Source of the DNA: Eledone cirrhosa
Taxonomy: Eukaryota
NCBI GenBank assembly: GCA_964016885.1
Contig: OZ024759.1
Location: 15,376,001-15,440,000 of the forward strand
Direction: 5' to 3'
DNA: 64,000 bases
The translations under genes were made by a program, and so were the position numbers. Positions 28,889 through 44,289 of this stretch are shown piece after piece (position 1 is the stretch's first letter; each line of letters begins with the position of its first letter). The notes under the pieces are model-generated. The model did no database searches and had not been told where the DNA came from. It worked only from the letters and a program-made list of their open reading frames with translations.

Positions 28889-30950
28889 TATAAATGTATA
28901 TTATTATGCAACATACACATGCACTAACGACGCTGTAGGTTCAAATCAACCGTGAGTGATGAATCCTGAAAACTAAAACATTAACATCATCTTACTCCAG
29001 TAACGAACCTAACGCCAGACACAAACTGGTAATTCCGAAACAAACCATCCATATATATATATATTTGGATGTAGAGCCAATCGTATATGTAATATATAAT
29101 ATGTATGGTGTATGTTGGTTAAATATTCTATATTTGGATGTATTCAGTTTCAGCCCCCTGCAAGTCAATTCGGGGTCATAGTTTCTAATACTGTTATGGG
29201 GTATTTTACAAAACAGAACATGACGGTACAATGCAGGTGTATCAAAAGGAATCTTAAAGCAGACCGAAATGCATGTAAAATTATGAATAAATTCATAAAT
29301 ATATAATCGTTATAAAAAAAGAATAAAACTTTATTTTCAGGCATGTATTTTACAAGTTACTGTAGGATTATATGGTTATTTGTTTCAAAAGTATAACCTT
29401 TTGGAATCGGATAATTCTTTTGCTGCACACTGTACTTACTAAAAGATTTGAAACATCTTTAAGAAACAAGATTTCAAGATTTTAATGACATTATCTAGAG
29501 TGCAAATAAAAGCTTAAACTACATTTATATTGAATCATCGTATCCTCAAACGAAAAAAGATATTCCTTTAAAAACAATAATTACATCGTCAAGAGTTCGA
29601 ATCAAACTAAAATAAGATCCCTTTGAAGAATGTTGAACAAAAACAAAATATTATTAAAAGAAAGAAAAAAATCATATAGTAAAAATATTTTAAAACCTTA
29701 AAAATACAATTTATTCCTGAAAATATTTATTGACATTATCCAGAGTTCGAACCAAGCATAAAATCACCTTAAAGAATGGTTTTAAAAAATTCCTAAAGTT
29801 ATAAATGGTGCCATAAAAATTCAAAACGAAAACAATCCTTTCAAAGAAGATTACTTTAAGAAAAGTAAAAAAGAAAAGTAGTTCCTTAAAATGCAAATTC
29901 GTTCCTTAAAGTTTTTAACGACGTCATCAACATTTCGAACATACCCTTTGAAAAATCAGAAGAGAAGGATCAAACACGAGTATTTTTAAAGGAAACTAAA
30001 TAATAAGAATAACAAAAAAAGTCACTAAAAATATCAATAGAATCGTTTAAAAACAGAATGTATTCGTTAAAGTTTATATCATCCAGAGATCGAGTCAAAC
30101 ATAAAAGGCCCCTCACACCATTGTAAAAACATCATTAAAGGTTCTAATGACGTCATAGAAATTCAAACTATATGAGATTGAACGCGAACCATAATATCCT
30201 TAAAAGAAAAATTACTCCTTTAATAAGAGTTAAAACAAAATCTTTGAAAAAATATTATTTAATCCTTAAATTATAAAATTACATTATGAAACCTAGAAAC
30301 TTGCAGATAGAAATATCTCCGGTGATCTGAGTCCAGACTGGCGACCAATAGCAGTTCATTGCTATCCGTCCTTTGAGATTCGAACACTAATCAAGATATC
30401 AAGTTGTCGAAATGGTTGAACACAATTTCGATCCCTACCGACGGTACTTCTAGGCTTTTCAAAGTCACAGAGTCCTACAAAAGAACCAAACCCTTTACTC
30501 CTAATTTAGTTCTGCCGTTTCAAAATGTATAATTGTTTAACGTACCACTACATATACATTAGCCGAGATTTATTCTCTGTAAAATCATTACAGATAGAAA
30601 GATTGGTTTATATATTTGATCTGCTCCGCAACGGATGACTTCAGTGTTAAACAACAACAACAACAGCAGCAGCAGTAGAAACAACCACAACAACAATACA
30701 AACAGCAGGGACAAATTTTAGTATTAATCATTATAAATGGAATATTTACAGAGTTGAAGCAAGCCTAAGATTTGAATACAAACAATCAAAGAACAACTTA
30801 AATATTTCGTTTTATTTTGGATTTTCCTTCATAGACGTTGATAGTCGCCAGACTATGAAATCTGGTTTTATTGAATTTCTTTATGCCTCGATTTGATTAT
30901 GGCAGAAATATTCACGCACTCATAATCTCAGACATGAACAGACACACACA

Positions 30951-31076
<126 letters not shown>

Positions 31077-31247
31077 TATATATATACATATATATACATA
31101 TATATATATATACACACACACATATATATATACATATATATACACACATATACATAGATGTATACATATATATATACACATATACATATATATACACATA
31201 TATATATATACACACACATATATATAAATATACATATACACATATAG

Positions 31248-31332
<85 letters not shown>

Positions 31333-31601
31333 TATATATATATATATACAAATATAAACATACATGCATATACACATATATAAACACACACATATATATA
31401 CGTATATACATACATCTATATACACCCACACACACCCAAGCGTATATATATATATATATATATATCCTAACACACACGTTATATACACCGGGGCGCATAA
31501 ATTTCTGCATTTATCCAATTTTTTATATGGTTGGAGTATTTGTGCTTTTAATGTTTGAACATTTAAGTTGAATCTAGAGCTAGTTGTTCGATGATGTGAT
31601 C

Positions 31602-31651
<50 letters not shown>

Positions 31652-31696
31652 TAGACACACACACATATATAAATATATATATATGAGATGTATAGA

Positions 31697-31748
<52 letters not shown>

Positions 31749-31908
31749 CTATAGAGAGATGTATATATCATCATACACTTACAAGCAGACACACACAAAT
31801 GCACACACATATATGTACATATAAATATATATGTATATACATATACATATATATATATACATATATATATACATATATATATATACATATATATATATAC
31901 ATATATGT

Positions 31909-31969
<61 letters not shown>

Positions 31970-32069
31970 TATACATATATATATAGATATATACATATAT
32001 ATATAGATATATACATATATATACATATATATATAGATATATCTATATATATACATATATATATACATG

Positions 32070-32227
<158 letters not shown>

Positions 32228-32904
32228 AACATATATATACATATTTGTGTGTATGTGTAAAATAGTCGCGAGAGAGTGAGAGTTTCTGTTTGTAGTGTGT
32301 TGTTTAAACACCGCCTATAATTCTCTAAACATGTAATGTAGTTAAATATACGTTCAATGCCTTGTATCTGTTTCGCTATATTTTATTTTATAGTATTTTA
32401 GCCATAATTTTTATCTCAGTTATTTCATCTTTCCAAATGAATAAACGGTTTAGTGGCAAAGAAAGTAATGAGTCTCAAGAAAAGTCCAAGAGGTAGTGAT
32501 TTGGAAAAATGAGATAGTGGAGGTTGTTTTTCTTATTCCCTTGTTACTGGTATTTTTATTTTGTTTAGCTCCAGGTCAACATTGATCGAACAGACAAACC
32601 TATTGATCAAATGAGTTTGAATCAAGCAGCTATTGTTTGATTTTTTTTTCAGCCATATTGAATGAGAAGGAGGTGCGATGAAGTAGTCGTTAGAATGTCG
32701 GATCGAATAGCTTGTTGTATGAGACCTGAGATTACTTCCTTTGAGGTCAACATTTGCTTTCTCGATAAATAAAGTCAACATTTGCCTAGGTTAATAAATA
32801 AAGTCAACCTTTTCCTAGCTTGGTAAATAAAGTAACAGTCCACTACTTGTCTCGACCTTTTCATTCTCTTGCAAGACATTTTATTTCAGGTTGCTCCGTT
32901 TTAT

Positions 32905-34543
32905 CTGAGTTATAATGTGACTCAAAACGTCGGCTTTATCATACACTGTGTCAAGCTGTATCGGCTTGTATTTCATTAAACCACGAGCAGCTTCTCTGAG
33001 TTATAATGTGACTCGAAAGGTCGGCTTTATCATACACTGTGTCAAGCTGTATCGGCTTGTATTTCATTAAACCACGAGCAGCTTCTCTGAGTTATAATGT
33101 GACTCGAAAGGTCGGCTTTATCATACACTGTGTCAAGCTGTATCGGCTTGTATTTCATTAAACCACGAGCAGCTTCTCTGAGTTATAATGTGACTCAAAA
33201 GGTCGGCTTTATCATATACTGTGTCAAGCTGTATCGGCTTGGATTTCATTAAACAACGAGCAGCTTCTCTGAGTTATAATGTGACTCAAAAGGTCGGCTT
33301 TATCATACACTGTGTCAAGCTGTATCGGCTTGTATTTCATTAAACCATGAGCAGCTTCTCTGAGTTATAATGTGACTCGAAAGGTCGGCTTTATCATACA
33401 CTGTGTCAAGCTGTATCGGCTTGTATTTCATTAAACCACGAGCAGCTTCTCTGAGTTATAATGTGACTCAAAAGGTCGGCTTTATCATACACTGTGTCAA
33501 GCTGTATCGGCTTGGATTTCATTAAACAACGAGCAGCTTCTCTGAGTTATAATGTGACTCAAAAGGTCGGCTTTATCATACACTGTGTCAAGCTGTATCG
33601 GCTTGTATTTCATTAAACCACGAGCAGCTTCTCTGAGTTATAATGTGACTCGAAATGTCGGCTTTATCATACACTGTGTCAAGCTGTATCGGCTTGTATT
33701 TCATTAAACCACGAGCAGCTTCTCTGAGTTATAATGTGACTTAAAAGGTCGGCTTTATCATACACTGTGTCAAGCTGTATCGGCTTGGATTTCATTAAAC
33801 AACGAGCAGCTTCTCTGAGTTATAATGTGACTCAAAAGGTCGGCTTTATCATACACTGTGTCAAGCTGTATCGGCTTGGATTTCATTAAACCATGAGCAG
33901 CTTCTCTATGTTATAATGTGACTCAAAAGGTCGGCTTTATCATACACTGTGTCAAGCTGTATCGGCTTGGATTTCATTAAACCACGAGCAGCTTCTCTGA
34001 GTTATAATGTGACTCAAAAGGTCGGCTTTATCATACACTGTGTCAAGCTGTATCGGCTTGGATTTCATTAAACCATGAGCAGCTTCTCTATGTTATAATG
34101 TGACTCAAAAGGTCGGCTTTATCATACACTGTGTCAAGCTGTATCGGCTTGTATTTCATTAAACCACGAGCAGCTTCTCTGAGTTATAATGTGACTCGAA
34201 AGGTCGGCTTTATCATACACTGTGTCAAGCTGTATCGGCTTGTATTTCATTAAACCACGAGCAGCTTCTCTGAGTTATAATGTGACTCAAAAGGTCGGCT
34301 TTATCATACACTGTGTCAAGCTGTATCGGCTTGGATTTCATTAAACAACGAGCAGCTTCTCTGAGTTATAATGTGACTCAAAAGGTCGGCTTTATCATAC
34401 ACTGTGTCAAGCTGTATCGGCTTGGATTTCATTAAACCATGATCAGCTTCTCTATGTTATAATTTGACTCAAAGGGTCGGCTTTATCATACACTGTGTCA
34501 AGCTGTATCGGCTTGTATTTCATTAAACCACGAGCAGCTTCTC
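32905..34543. repeat. 91-bp tandem satellite, 18 copies
   Basis: CTGAGTTATAATGTGACTCRAAAGGTCGGCTTTATC... at 32905, 32996, 33087 etc. Few variant positions. Confidence 0.97.
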
Positions 34544-34627
34544 TTATAGATCAAACGACATAAAAATAGTCATCGGAAGCGACAAATGTCCAGCACAAAC
34601 TCTTTAAAATGTTATTTTATATATCCA

Positions 34628-34662
34628 CTCTCCTGATGACGGGCTTATGTCCGAAAAGTCGT
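34628..34662 (+). ncRNA. Hammerhead-like core, weak stem I
   Basis: CTGATGA-C-GGGC(ttat)GTCC-GAAA-AGTC. Confidence 0.5.
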
Positions 34663-34995
34663 ATCACACACACACCCACTCTCACCAAGCGTGAAACTAG
34701 TAATACCTTGTAACATTTACTCCTGCGTTTATTTTAATTTTTTTGTTTTGTTTTCTGTTATTTCGAACTATATAAATATATATATATACACACATATATA
34801 CACACACATATATATATATATATATACATATACATACAAACACACATATATATATATACATATATATATATATACATATACATATACATATATATATATA
34901 CATATACATATATACATATATATATACATATACATATATACATATATATATACATATACATGCAAACATATATATATATACATATACATGCAAAC

Positions 34996-35043
<48 letters not shown>

Positions 35044-35193
35044 ACATATACATATACATACATATACATACATACATATATATATATATACATATATATA
35101 TACATATATATATATATATACATATACATACATATATGTATACATATACATACATATATATATATATACATATACATACATATATGTATACAT

Positions 35194-35255
<62 letters not shown>

Positions 35256-35257
<2 letters not shown>

Positions 35258-37879
35258 GATGGCTGCAAACTCTGCAAAGAGTATTGTAATCGCTTGTCAG
35301 ATTCAGATGTGGGACGCTCGAGTATGGCTTTTCAAGACTGCTAGAGACTTGCACTCCTTCACACACTGACGACAACTATGGAGAGATACACCTGGGCATT
35401 GCTTACGCACATCACGTTTGATCTTTTCGTGCTCTATGCGTCTGTCCTCAAAAAGATTATGGACCCCACCATTCACCATTCCACGCCAAGTCTCTCTTTC
35501 AAGAGCTATCTCCCAGTCAGCCATCATCAAGCCAGTTTTTTTCAATGAGTCCTTTTCACAATCCTTGAATCGCAGCTTTGAATTGTGAGGTGGTCTATTA
35601 GCCTCACAAAGCTCGCCATACAAGAGTTGTTTTGGGGATTGGATCATCCTCCATTTTGCAGAGGTGTCCGGTCCATCGCAAACGCTGTTGGTGGATGATA
35701 CTCTCAATGCTCAGACACTCCCTTCTCTCAAGGACCTCAACATCACTCAAATGCATCTGCCACTTGATACCGAGCATCTTTCTGAGAAACTGCTGGTGAA
35801 ACCGTTCCAATCTGTGGATATGCCGTTTGTAGGCAACCCATGTCTCATATGCATACAGCAAAGCTGACAGTACACATGCAGCATACACTCTCACCTTGGT
35901 CCTCATTGTGATTAATCGCCTGTACCAAAGACGGTCGTTGAGCCTTCCAAATGACTCACTTGCCTTACTAACACGTAGACCACCTTCTGCATCCAGAGAG
36001 CAGGTCACACTCAGAGTAGTACCCAAATACACAAATGTGTCAGCAGCCTTCAGCTTTTGACCGTATACGTGTATGGAGGGTTCATTGAAAACTTTATCCG
36101 GAGCAGGTTGGTACATCACGACAGTCTTCTTCAGACTGATTGTCAGTCCCAAATCACTGCACGCATTGGAAAAAGAATCTATAAGATGTTGCATGTCACT
36201 CTGGGAGTGTGCAAAGAGATCACAATCATCTGCATATAAAAATTATCTGATCAAGGTACTCAGTACCTTAGTGTTGGCAGTGAGACGCCTAAGGTTAAAC
36301 AGCCTGCCGGCAGTGCGATATCTGAGATATATACCGTGTTGACAATCCTTGAAGGCCATAAAGAACACCATCGCGAAATACAAGGCAAACAAAGTTGGTG
36401 AAGGTACATCACCCTGATTGACACTCTTTTCAACCGAGATTGGCTCAGACAGTTTACCTCCAGCATTCACCCATGCCTGCATGTCATCGAGGAAGTGTTT
36501 CAGAATGTTCACAAACTTTTCAGGACAGCCCAATCTCTCCAAAATAACTCACAAAGCCTTCCCATTAACGGTGTCAAATGCCTTGCTCAATGCATTTCTC
36601 TTGAAGTTGTTTGGCCGAGAAGATCATGTCAACAGTACCTCTGTCATTCTTAAATCCACATTGGGACTCAGGAAGTACCTCAACAGCAATGTGCTGTATC
36701 AATCTGTCCAACAATATCCTGCACAAGATCTTCCCAGCCACAGATAGCAGTGACATACCTCTGTAGTTGCCACAGTCATCTTTGGCTCCCTTTTCTTTGT
36801 AAAGTACCTCCATCAATGAATCTTTCCAATCTTGTGGCACATCTTCATTCCCAACAATCACAAAGAGATCAGTGAGGCGGTTTAAGAAGTTATCACCAGC
36901 ACACTTGAAAATCTCGGCACTCAGTCCATCCATTCCAGGTGACTTGCCGCTGTGTAATTTGGCAATGGCCTTCGCCACCTCATCAAATGAAGGAGGATCA
37001 GCCATTGCCAGCTTTGTAGTTCTGGATTGAATCGACCGGGTTGAACTCATCATCAATTTCTGATGGTCTGTTGAGAATCTCATCAAAGGGGTCATGCCAG
37101 CAGATCAGGATTTCCTTCAGATCTCTGAGCAATTCCTTGCCATCCCCGGAGCGAAGTGGTGATATTTGTAAACCGGTCGGACAATACACCTCCCTGAGCA
37201 GACTGTATAGGAGCTTTGTATCATGCCTATCTGAGGCCTTCTGGATTTCATCAGCCTTTTGGTTCCACCAGGTATCCTGCATGGCTCTCAATCGATGTTG
37301 CACACGTGCCTTGATCTGCCTGAAGGTCCGGTCACTCACGTCAGAACGTGTCTCACACAACAATGACGTCAGCACTTTTTATTTCTCTTCAAGCAAGGTC
37401 TGGATCACTGGATCATTTTCATCGAACTAGTCTTTATGCTTTCTATTGGTATGACCCCAAACTCCAGCACTAACATCATAGACGGTTTTCTTCAAAGATT
37501 CCCAAGTGTTTTCACATTCCATGGACTCAAGGGACCTCGACAGCTCAGCTCTGCCTTTCTGTTTACAGACGAGCCACGTTTAGTTGTCTTGGAAGTGCAA
37601 ACTTCTTCCCCCTTACTTTGGGCTTCAAAACAAATTGAAACTTGGCGCGCACCAGACGATGATCAGTCCAACATTCCGCGCCTCGCAATACAAGAACCAA
37701 CGTAATATCCCTGATATTAGGTTTTCTCGTTAAAACAAAGTCATTGTATTTCATCCAGCAGGGTGTCGAAATATCACCCTCCTCGCTAAGCTTGCTTGGT
37801 GGGGTTGCCGGTTTTGTCACCGACAACCCGACCATGTACTGGGTTACATGTTACCAGTAGCACTCGAGAGCAACTTGAC
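35256..37879 (-). pseudogene. RTE-clade LINE, frameshifted, most of the AP endonuclease deleted but 5' UTR retained
   Basis: ORF pieces: EN end (AECWTDHRLV), KSPGMDG, NYRGMSLLS, PESQCGF, QGD, FLYADD, YLG, RLRWTGH, C-terminal CxxC..H finger. 3' end in (TA)n. Confidence 0.93.
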
Positions 37880-37973
37880 ACACATACATATACATATATA
37901 CATATATATATATATACATATGCATACATATATATATATATATATATATATACATACATATATATATATATTT

Positions 37974-38012
<39 letters not shown>

Positions 38013-38058
38013 TATATATACATCCATATATATATATATACATCCATATATATATATA

Positions 38059-38415
38059 CATCCATATATATATTGCTATTTCAGAGCTCCAATTTTAATT
38101 TTTAATTTCTGCCTGACCAACAACCGCTCTGCATAATCAGCTCCTGATTATTTACTAGATTTCTATAAGAATATAACATCAATGATCTCAGTAGACAGGT
38201 GGGGTAGTTGGCCTTGATAAGCTTCAACCAAAGCGAAACAAGTCTTGTCGGCTTATCTCCCCTGTTTGCTGAGATCAAAGTGAGTGAATTTGTCACTACT
38301 TTAAAACAATAACTTACGGTCTTCAAAATGCTTTTAATTAAGCATAAAGTGTATTACAAAATACATTATATATACATCCATATATATATTGCTATTTCAG
38401 AGCTCCAATTCTAAT
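38059..38415 (+). mobile_element. Diverged 316-bp retrozyme-like monomer (~1.1 units) related to the 310-bp array, with degenerate HHR at 38210-38253
   Basis: Shares GCTATTTCAGAGC, TAATTTCTGCC, CAACCGCTCT, TTCTATAAG, GGTCTTCAAAATG. Terminal redundancy 38059/38375. GGCC-TTGATAA-GCTT(caacca)AAGC-GAAA-CAAGTCTTG-TC-GGCT. Confidence 0.85.
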
Positions 38416-38517
38416 ATATATATATATATATATACACATATATATATATACATACATATATATATATATATACACATATATATATATATACATACATATA
38501 TATATATACACATATAC

Positions 38518-39127
38518 ATGGTGGCTGCCAACTCGTTTTCGAGTACGGCCACTACGTTATATCCATGTAGGAGAACCCCTACCGATGCGTTGAACAAGTG
38601 TGACTTTTTAGACTAGCCAGCGACTTGAAAACTCTGGTACAAACACTACACCTGTGACAATTATTGACACATAGTGCTGGGCCCATGGCACCACGTGACA
38701 ACAAGTGCAGAGAGATCTCCAGATATAAAGCAATGCCTGTTCCATGAAGCTTTTATAGTGAGCAAAGGCACTGCACAAAGCCAGCCCCACTCTCTTAACC
38801 AAGATGATATTTACCAAAATGAAGAACAGGTCAACATCATTGGATACCATCAGGGTTGCAAGTGTTATATCAGAGTTTTCCTTCTCCTAGAATTCTACCT
38901 TGACAAAGGCTAAGGGGTCATCTCTCCCGGTGATTTTGGATGGCCATTGACTCTCAAGAGCTCCTTTGCCCTTTGATAAGTTTTGTTTTTAGTCCTGCAG
39001 GATGTCCAAAGCCACCCTCCTCACCAAGAAACCTTGGTGGGGTTGCCAGTTTAGTAGCTAACGACCCGACTATGAGACAGGTTGTACTGGGATACATGTT
39101 ACCAGTAGAACCAACTGGTGACCTGAC
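38518..39127 (-). mobile_element. ~600-bp non-autonomous RTE-derived (bipartite) element, copy 1
   Basis: 5' part matches the RTE 5' UTR at 37755-37879. 3' end GAGTTGGCAGCCACCAT resembles the RTE 3' end GAGTTTGCAGCCATCAT. Confidence 0.8.
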
Positions 39128-39404
39128 ATATACATACATATACATACATATATATATACATACATGTATATATATACGTATGTATATATATGTGTATGTA
39201 TTTATACGTATATATATATACATACACATATATATATGTATAAATACATACACATATATATACATACGTATATATATACATATACATATATATACATGCA
39301 TATACATATACATGTATATATATAAGCATGCATATACATACATATACACATACATACACATATAAATATATATATATATATCAATGAAACAATTGTTACT
39401 ACTG

Positions 39405-39453
<49 letters not shown>

Positions 39454-39905
39454 GAAAAATAGGGACGGAGAGAGAGAAGAAACGCAGCAGTGTGTATGGT
39501 TATGAAATTCACATATTTTAATAAACCACTTAATCGTTTCATATTCTTGATTATTTTCGAAAGGATTTCATTTCAAAATTGATTTGGCTCAAATTAAACT
39601 CAGTGACTGAAACTTGCACGATATAATATTGACACGGGCCTATTGGGAAGATGTGACGATAGCGCAAACACACAGCTCAGCTTACAATTTCCGACATTGT
39701 CAATCTTCCCTGGTAAACAGTAATAATACATTCTTTCATAGAAAACACACATACACACACATTATTTTTTTCCTTTTTCAAATCACCTAGCTTTACTGAA
39801 TTGAATTTGAATTTCTTTTCTCTCGCTTTTCTTAAAAGGAAATTAAGAGTAAAAGTGGAGGTAAAGTATATAGAATAAAGAATATTACAGCGGGCGTGTG
39901 TGCGC

Positions 39906-39948
<43 letters not shown>

Positions 39949-40114
39949 AAGTTATATTTAAAATTGTTGGGTTACAACTAGTAAATATTTATAACTGATA
40001 TAAAAGCACTCGACATATTGTTATAGCATATTGTTAATATGATATCCCCGAAATATATATATAATGAAATAAATATGGTTTTATAAATATAGTTTTCCAT
40101 TTATTTAATATTGT

Positions 40115-40174
<60 letters not shown>

Positions 40175-40229
40175 ATTATATATATATATATTATATATAT
40201 ATATATTATATATATATATATTATATATA

Positions 40230-40311
<82 letters not shown>

Positions 40312-40345
40312 ATATTATATATATATATATTATATATATATATAT

Positions 40346-40377
<32 letters not shown>

Positions 40378-40389
40378 ATATTATATATA

Positions 40390-40477
<88 letters not shown>

Positions 40478-40606
40478 AATGTGTGTGTGTATATATATGT
40501 ATATTCAACTATATGCTCCGAAATAGAAACACATGCACACACATAATTGTATAAATGCATACAATGACATAAAATATACATATACGTGTGTGTATATGTA
40601 TATATG

Positions 40607-40649
<43 letters not shown>

Positions 40650-40652
<3 letters not shown>

Positions 40653-40890
40653 CAATATATTAATAAATGGAAACTATATTTATAAAACCATAATTATTTA
40701 ATTATATATATTTCAAGGGCAACCAAGGTAGATTGTGGTGCGCTTTCATCAGATAAAATACACATTTGTTTTATAAATATATAGTTATCACTATTCAATT
40801 TCAACTGTTGAGGTTGTCTATTTTATGGGTATGTCAATATTTATTTGTAAAACAAATCTGTATTTTATCTGATGAAAGCGCACCATAATC
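40650..40890. mobile_element. Family A fold-back with HHR at 40695-40760 (minus) and a truncated plus-strand copy from 40861
   Basis: TATTTTATCTGATGAAAGCGCACCA on both strands. Confidence 0.8.
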
Positions 40891-40984
40891 ATCATAACCA
40901 TCAACGTTAAGTTATCATCATCATCATCATCATCGACACCAAGTTATCATCATTCGACATTAATATCATAACGATCAACATCAA

Positions 40985-42762
40985 GTTATCATCACCATCA
41001 CCACTACCATCACCGGTACCACCACAATCACCAACACCACCATCAACAACACTACAATCGCCAACACCACCAACACCAGCACCACCAACACCACCATCAC
41101 CAACACCACAATCACCAACACCACCAACACCACCACCACCAACACCACAATCACCAACACCACCATCACCACAATCACCAATACTACAATCATCAACACC
41201 ACCACAATCACAAACACCACCATCACCAACACCACCATCACCAACACCACCATCATCATCTCCACCACCACCATCGCCAGATCGACCAACATAAACAACA
41301 CCACTATCATCAGCACCACCATCACCATCACTACTACCATCACCAACACCACCAACACCACCACCACTACCGTCACCATCACCAACGCCACCACCATCAT
41401 CAACACCACCAATACCAGCACCACCAACACGACTACCATTACCATCACCAACACCACCACTATCATCAACAAAATCCCTATCAACACCACCAACACTACC
41501 ATCACCACTATCACCAACACCACTATCACCACCACTAACACCACAATCACCACCACCTCCACTATCACCACCACCAACACCAACTCCACTATCACCACCA
41601 CCAACACTACCACTATCACCAACACCCCCATCACCACCACCAACACCACTATCACCACCACCAACACCATCACCAACACCACCAACACCACCACTATCAC
41701 TACCACCATCATCAACACCACCAACATCAACACTATCACCACCACCAACACCACCACCAACACCACTATCACCAACACCACCAAAATCAACACTACCTCC
41801 ATCACCAACACCACTATCACCACCACCAACACCAACACCACCACCAACACCACTATCACCAACACCACCACCACCAACACAACCACCATCACCAACACCA
41901 CCACCAACACCACCACTATCACTACCACCATCACCAACACCACCAACATCAACACTATCACTACCTCCATCACCAACACCACTATCACCACCACCAACAC
42001 CACCACTATCACTACCACCATCACCAACACCACTATCACCACCACCAACACCATCACCAACACCCCCAACACCACCACTATCACTACCACCATCACCAAC
42101 ACCACTATCACCACCACCAACACCATCACCAACACCACCAACACCACCACTATCACTACCACCATCACCAACACCACTATCACCACCACCAACACCATCA
42201 CCAACACCACCAACACCACCACTATCACTACCACCATCACCAACACCACTATCACCACCACCAACACCAACACCACCAACACCACCACTATCACTACCTC
42301 CATCACCAACACCACTATCACCACCACCAACACCAAACCACTATCACCAACACCACCAACACAACCACCATCACCAACACCACTATCACTACCACCATCA
42401 CCTACACCACCAACAACACCACTATCACTACCTCCATCACCAACACCACTATCACCACCACCAACACCACCACTATCACTACCACCATCACCAACACCAC
42501 CAACATCAACACTATCACTACCTCCATCACCAACACCACTATCACCACTACCAACACCACCACCAACAACAACACCACTATCACTACCACCATCACCAAC
42601 ACCACCAACATCAACACTATCACTACCTCCATCACCAACACTACTATCACCACCACCAACACCACCACCAACACCACCATCACCACCACCACCAACAACA
42701 CCACTATCACCACCACCAACAACAGCACTACCACCATCTCGACCATCATCAACAACAATAAC
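40985..42762. repeat. Degenerate (ACC/AAC/ATC/ACT)n trinucleotide satellite
   Basis: Direct reading; gives V/L/I/M ORFs on minus and a Thr/Asn/Ile frame on plus. Confidence 0.9.
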
Positions 42763-42975
42763 AAGTTTACATTTACATGTTCTCTCTTCAGGCTCGAGTT
42801 TCTTTGTTATTCCTACGAAATAATATCAATATTATGTTAAAGGATATATTTTCTTAACATATTCACTGTTAGCCGTTGTTGTAGTTATTCTATTGAATGT
42901 TTATAGATGTAGTTTTTATATAATTTCTGATTTCGTTTTTCGTTTTTTTTCTTCTTACAACTTCTTTTCTAATGT

Positions 42976-43007
<32 letters not shown>

Positions 43008-43041
43008 AACACACATATATATATATTTATACACACACTAA

Positions 43042-43078
<37 letters not shown>

Positions 43079-43278
43079 GTATATATATATACATATATAT
43101 ATCGAAGGAAATGTGGTAAGGAACCAGGTGCACCATAACGCACCAAAGTACTCAATACTTTGGGTAGTAGAGTGGGTAATAAGAACGAGTAGGACGGCTA
43201 ATTCTGGACTCAGAATTCTGAGTCCAGAATTAGCCGTCGAAACGGCTTGAGCTCAGCCGTCGGGGTCCTACTCGTTCC

Positions 43279-43309
<31 letters not shown>

Positions 43310-43490
43310 ATAAATTATCGAGATTCGCATTTCGGCCCACGAAATAACGAAAAACAACCTCCGAGATGATATATATATATATATATGTACATGTATATAT
43401 ATATACATGTATATATATATATATACATGTATATATATATATATATATACATGTATATATATATATATACATGTATATATATATATATAT

Positions 43491-43521
<31 letters not shown>

Positions 43522-43618
43522 CATATATATATACATGTATATATATATATATACATGTATATATATATATATATATACATGTATATATATATATATACAT
43601 GTATATATATATATATAT

Positions 43619-43649
<31 letters not shown>

Positions 43650-43658
43650 CATATATAT

Positions 43659-43699
<41 letters not shown>

Positions 43700-43702
43700 T
43701 AT

Positions 43703-43734
<32 letters not shown>

Positions 43735-43758
43735 AGACATGTATATATATATATATAT

Positions 43759-43797
<39 letters not shown>

Positions 43798-43816
43798 TGT
43801 ATATATATATATATAT

Positions 43817-43888
<72 letters not shown>

Positions 43889-44289
43889 ATATATATATAT
43901 ATGTGTGTGTATATATATATTTCAGAAGATCCTGTTAAGGGTGAAAGCAGCGATTCTATGCTTAAAATTTAATCTGTTATTTCAATAAATATATATATAT
44001 ATATATATATCTGTGTGTGGGGGGGGGGGGGGTGCGCGTGTGTGTGTGCTTCGTAGATACCTGAAATATAGCTTAAGAGAAATTTGACAGTAAGGTGAGG
44101 CACCCAAAATTTGAACTTGTCTATAGATTTCTTTCTGCCTTTGGCACTCTAAATATAAATTAGAACTTTAAAGAATTAGATTTTAATGAATTCCCTTTTC
44201 TTTCAACCAATGACCGCCACCCATCCCACTCCCCACCCTCTCTTACCACCAGAAAAGTTATAAATACCACCATATTTACTCGGACAGTC

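Noticed and set aside
29340-30290. A-rich region with loosely recurring ATCCAGAGTTCGAA/AAACATAAAA motifs
   Set aside because: Too degenerate to define a period; no ORF or structure
32905-34543. CRISPR-like array
   Set aside because: The whole 91-bp unit repeats with no unique spacers, there are no cas genes, and the context is eukaryotic
40981-42764. 451-aa and 120-aa Val-rich membrane proteins
   Set aside because: Antisense reading of a trinucleotide satellite
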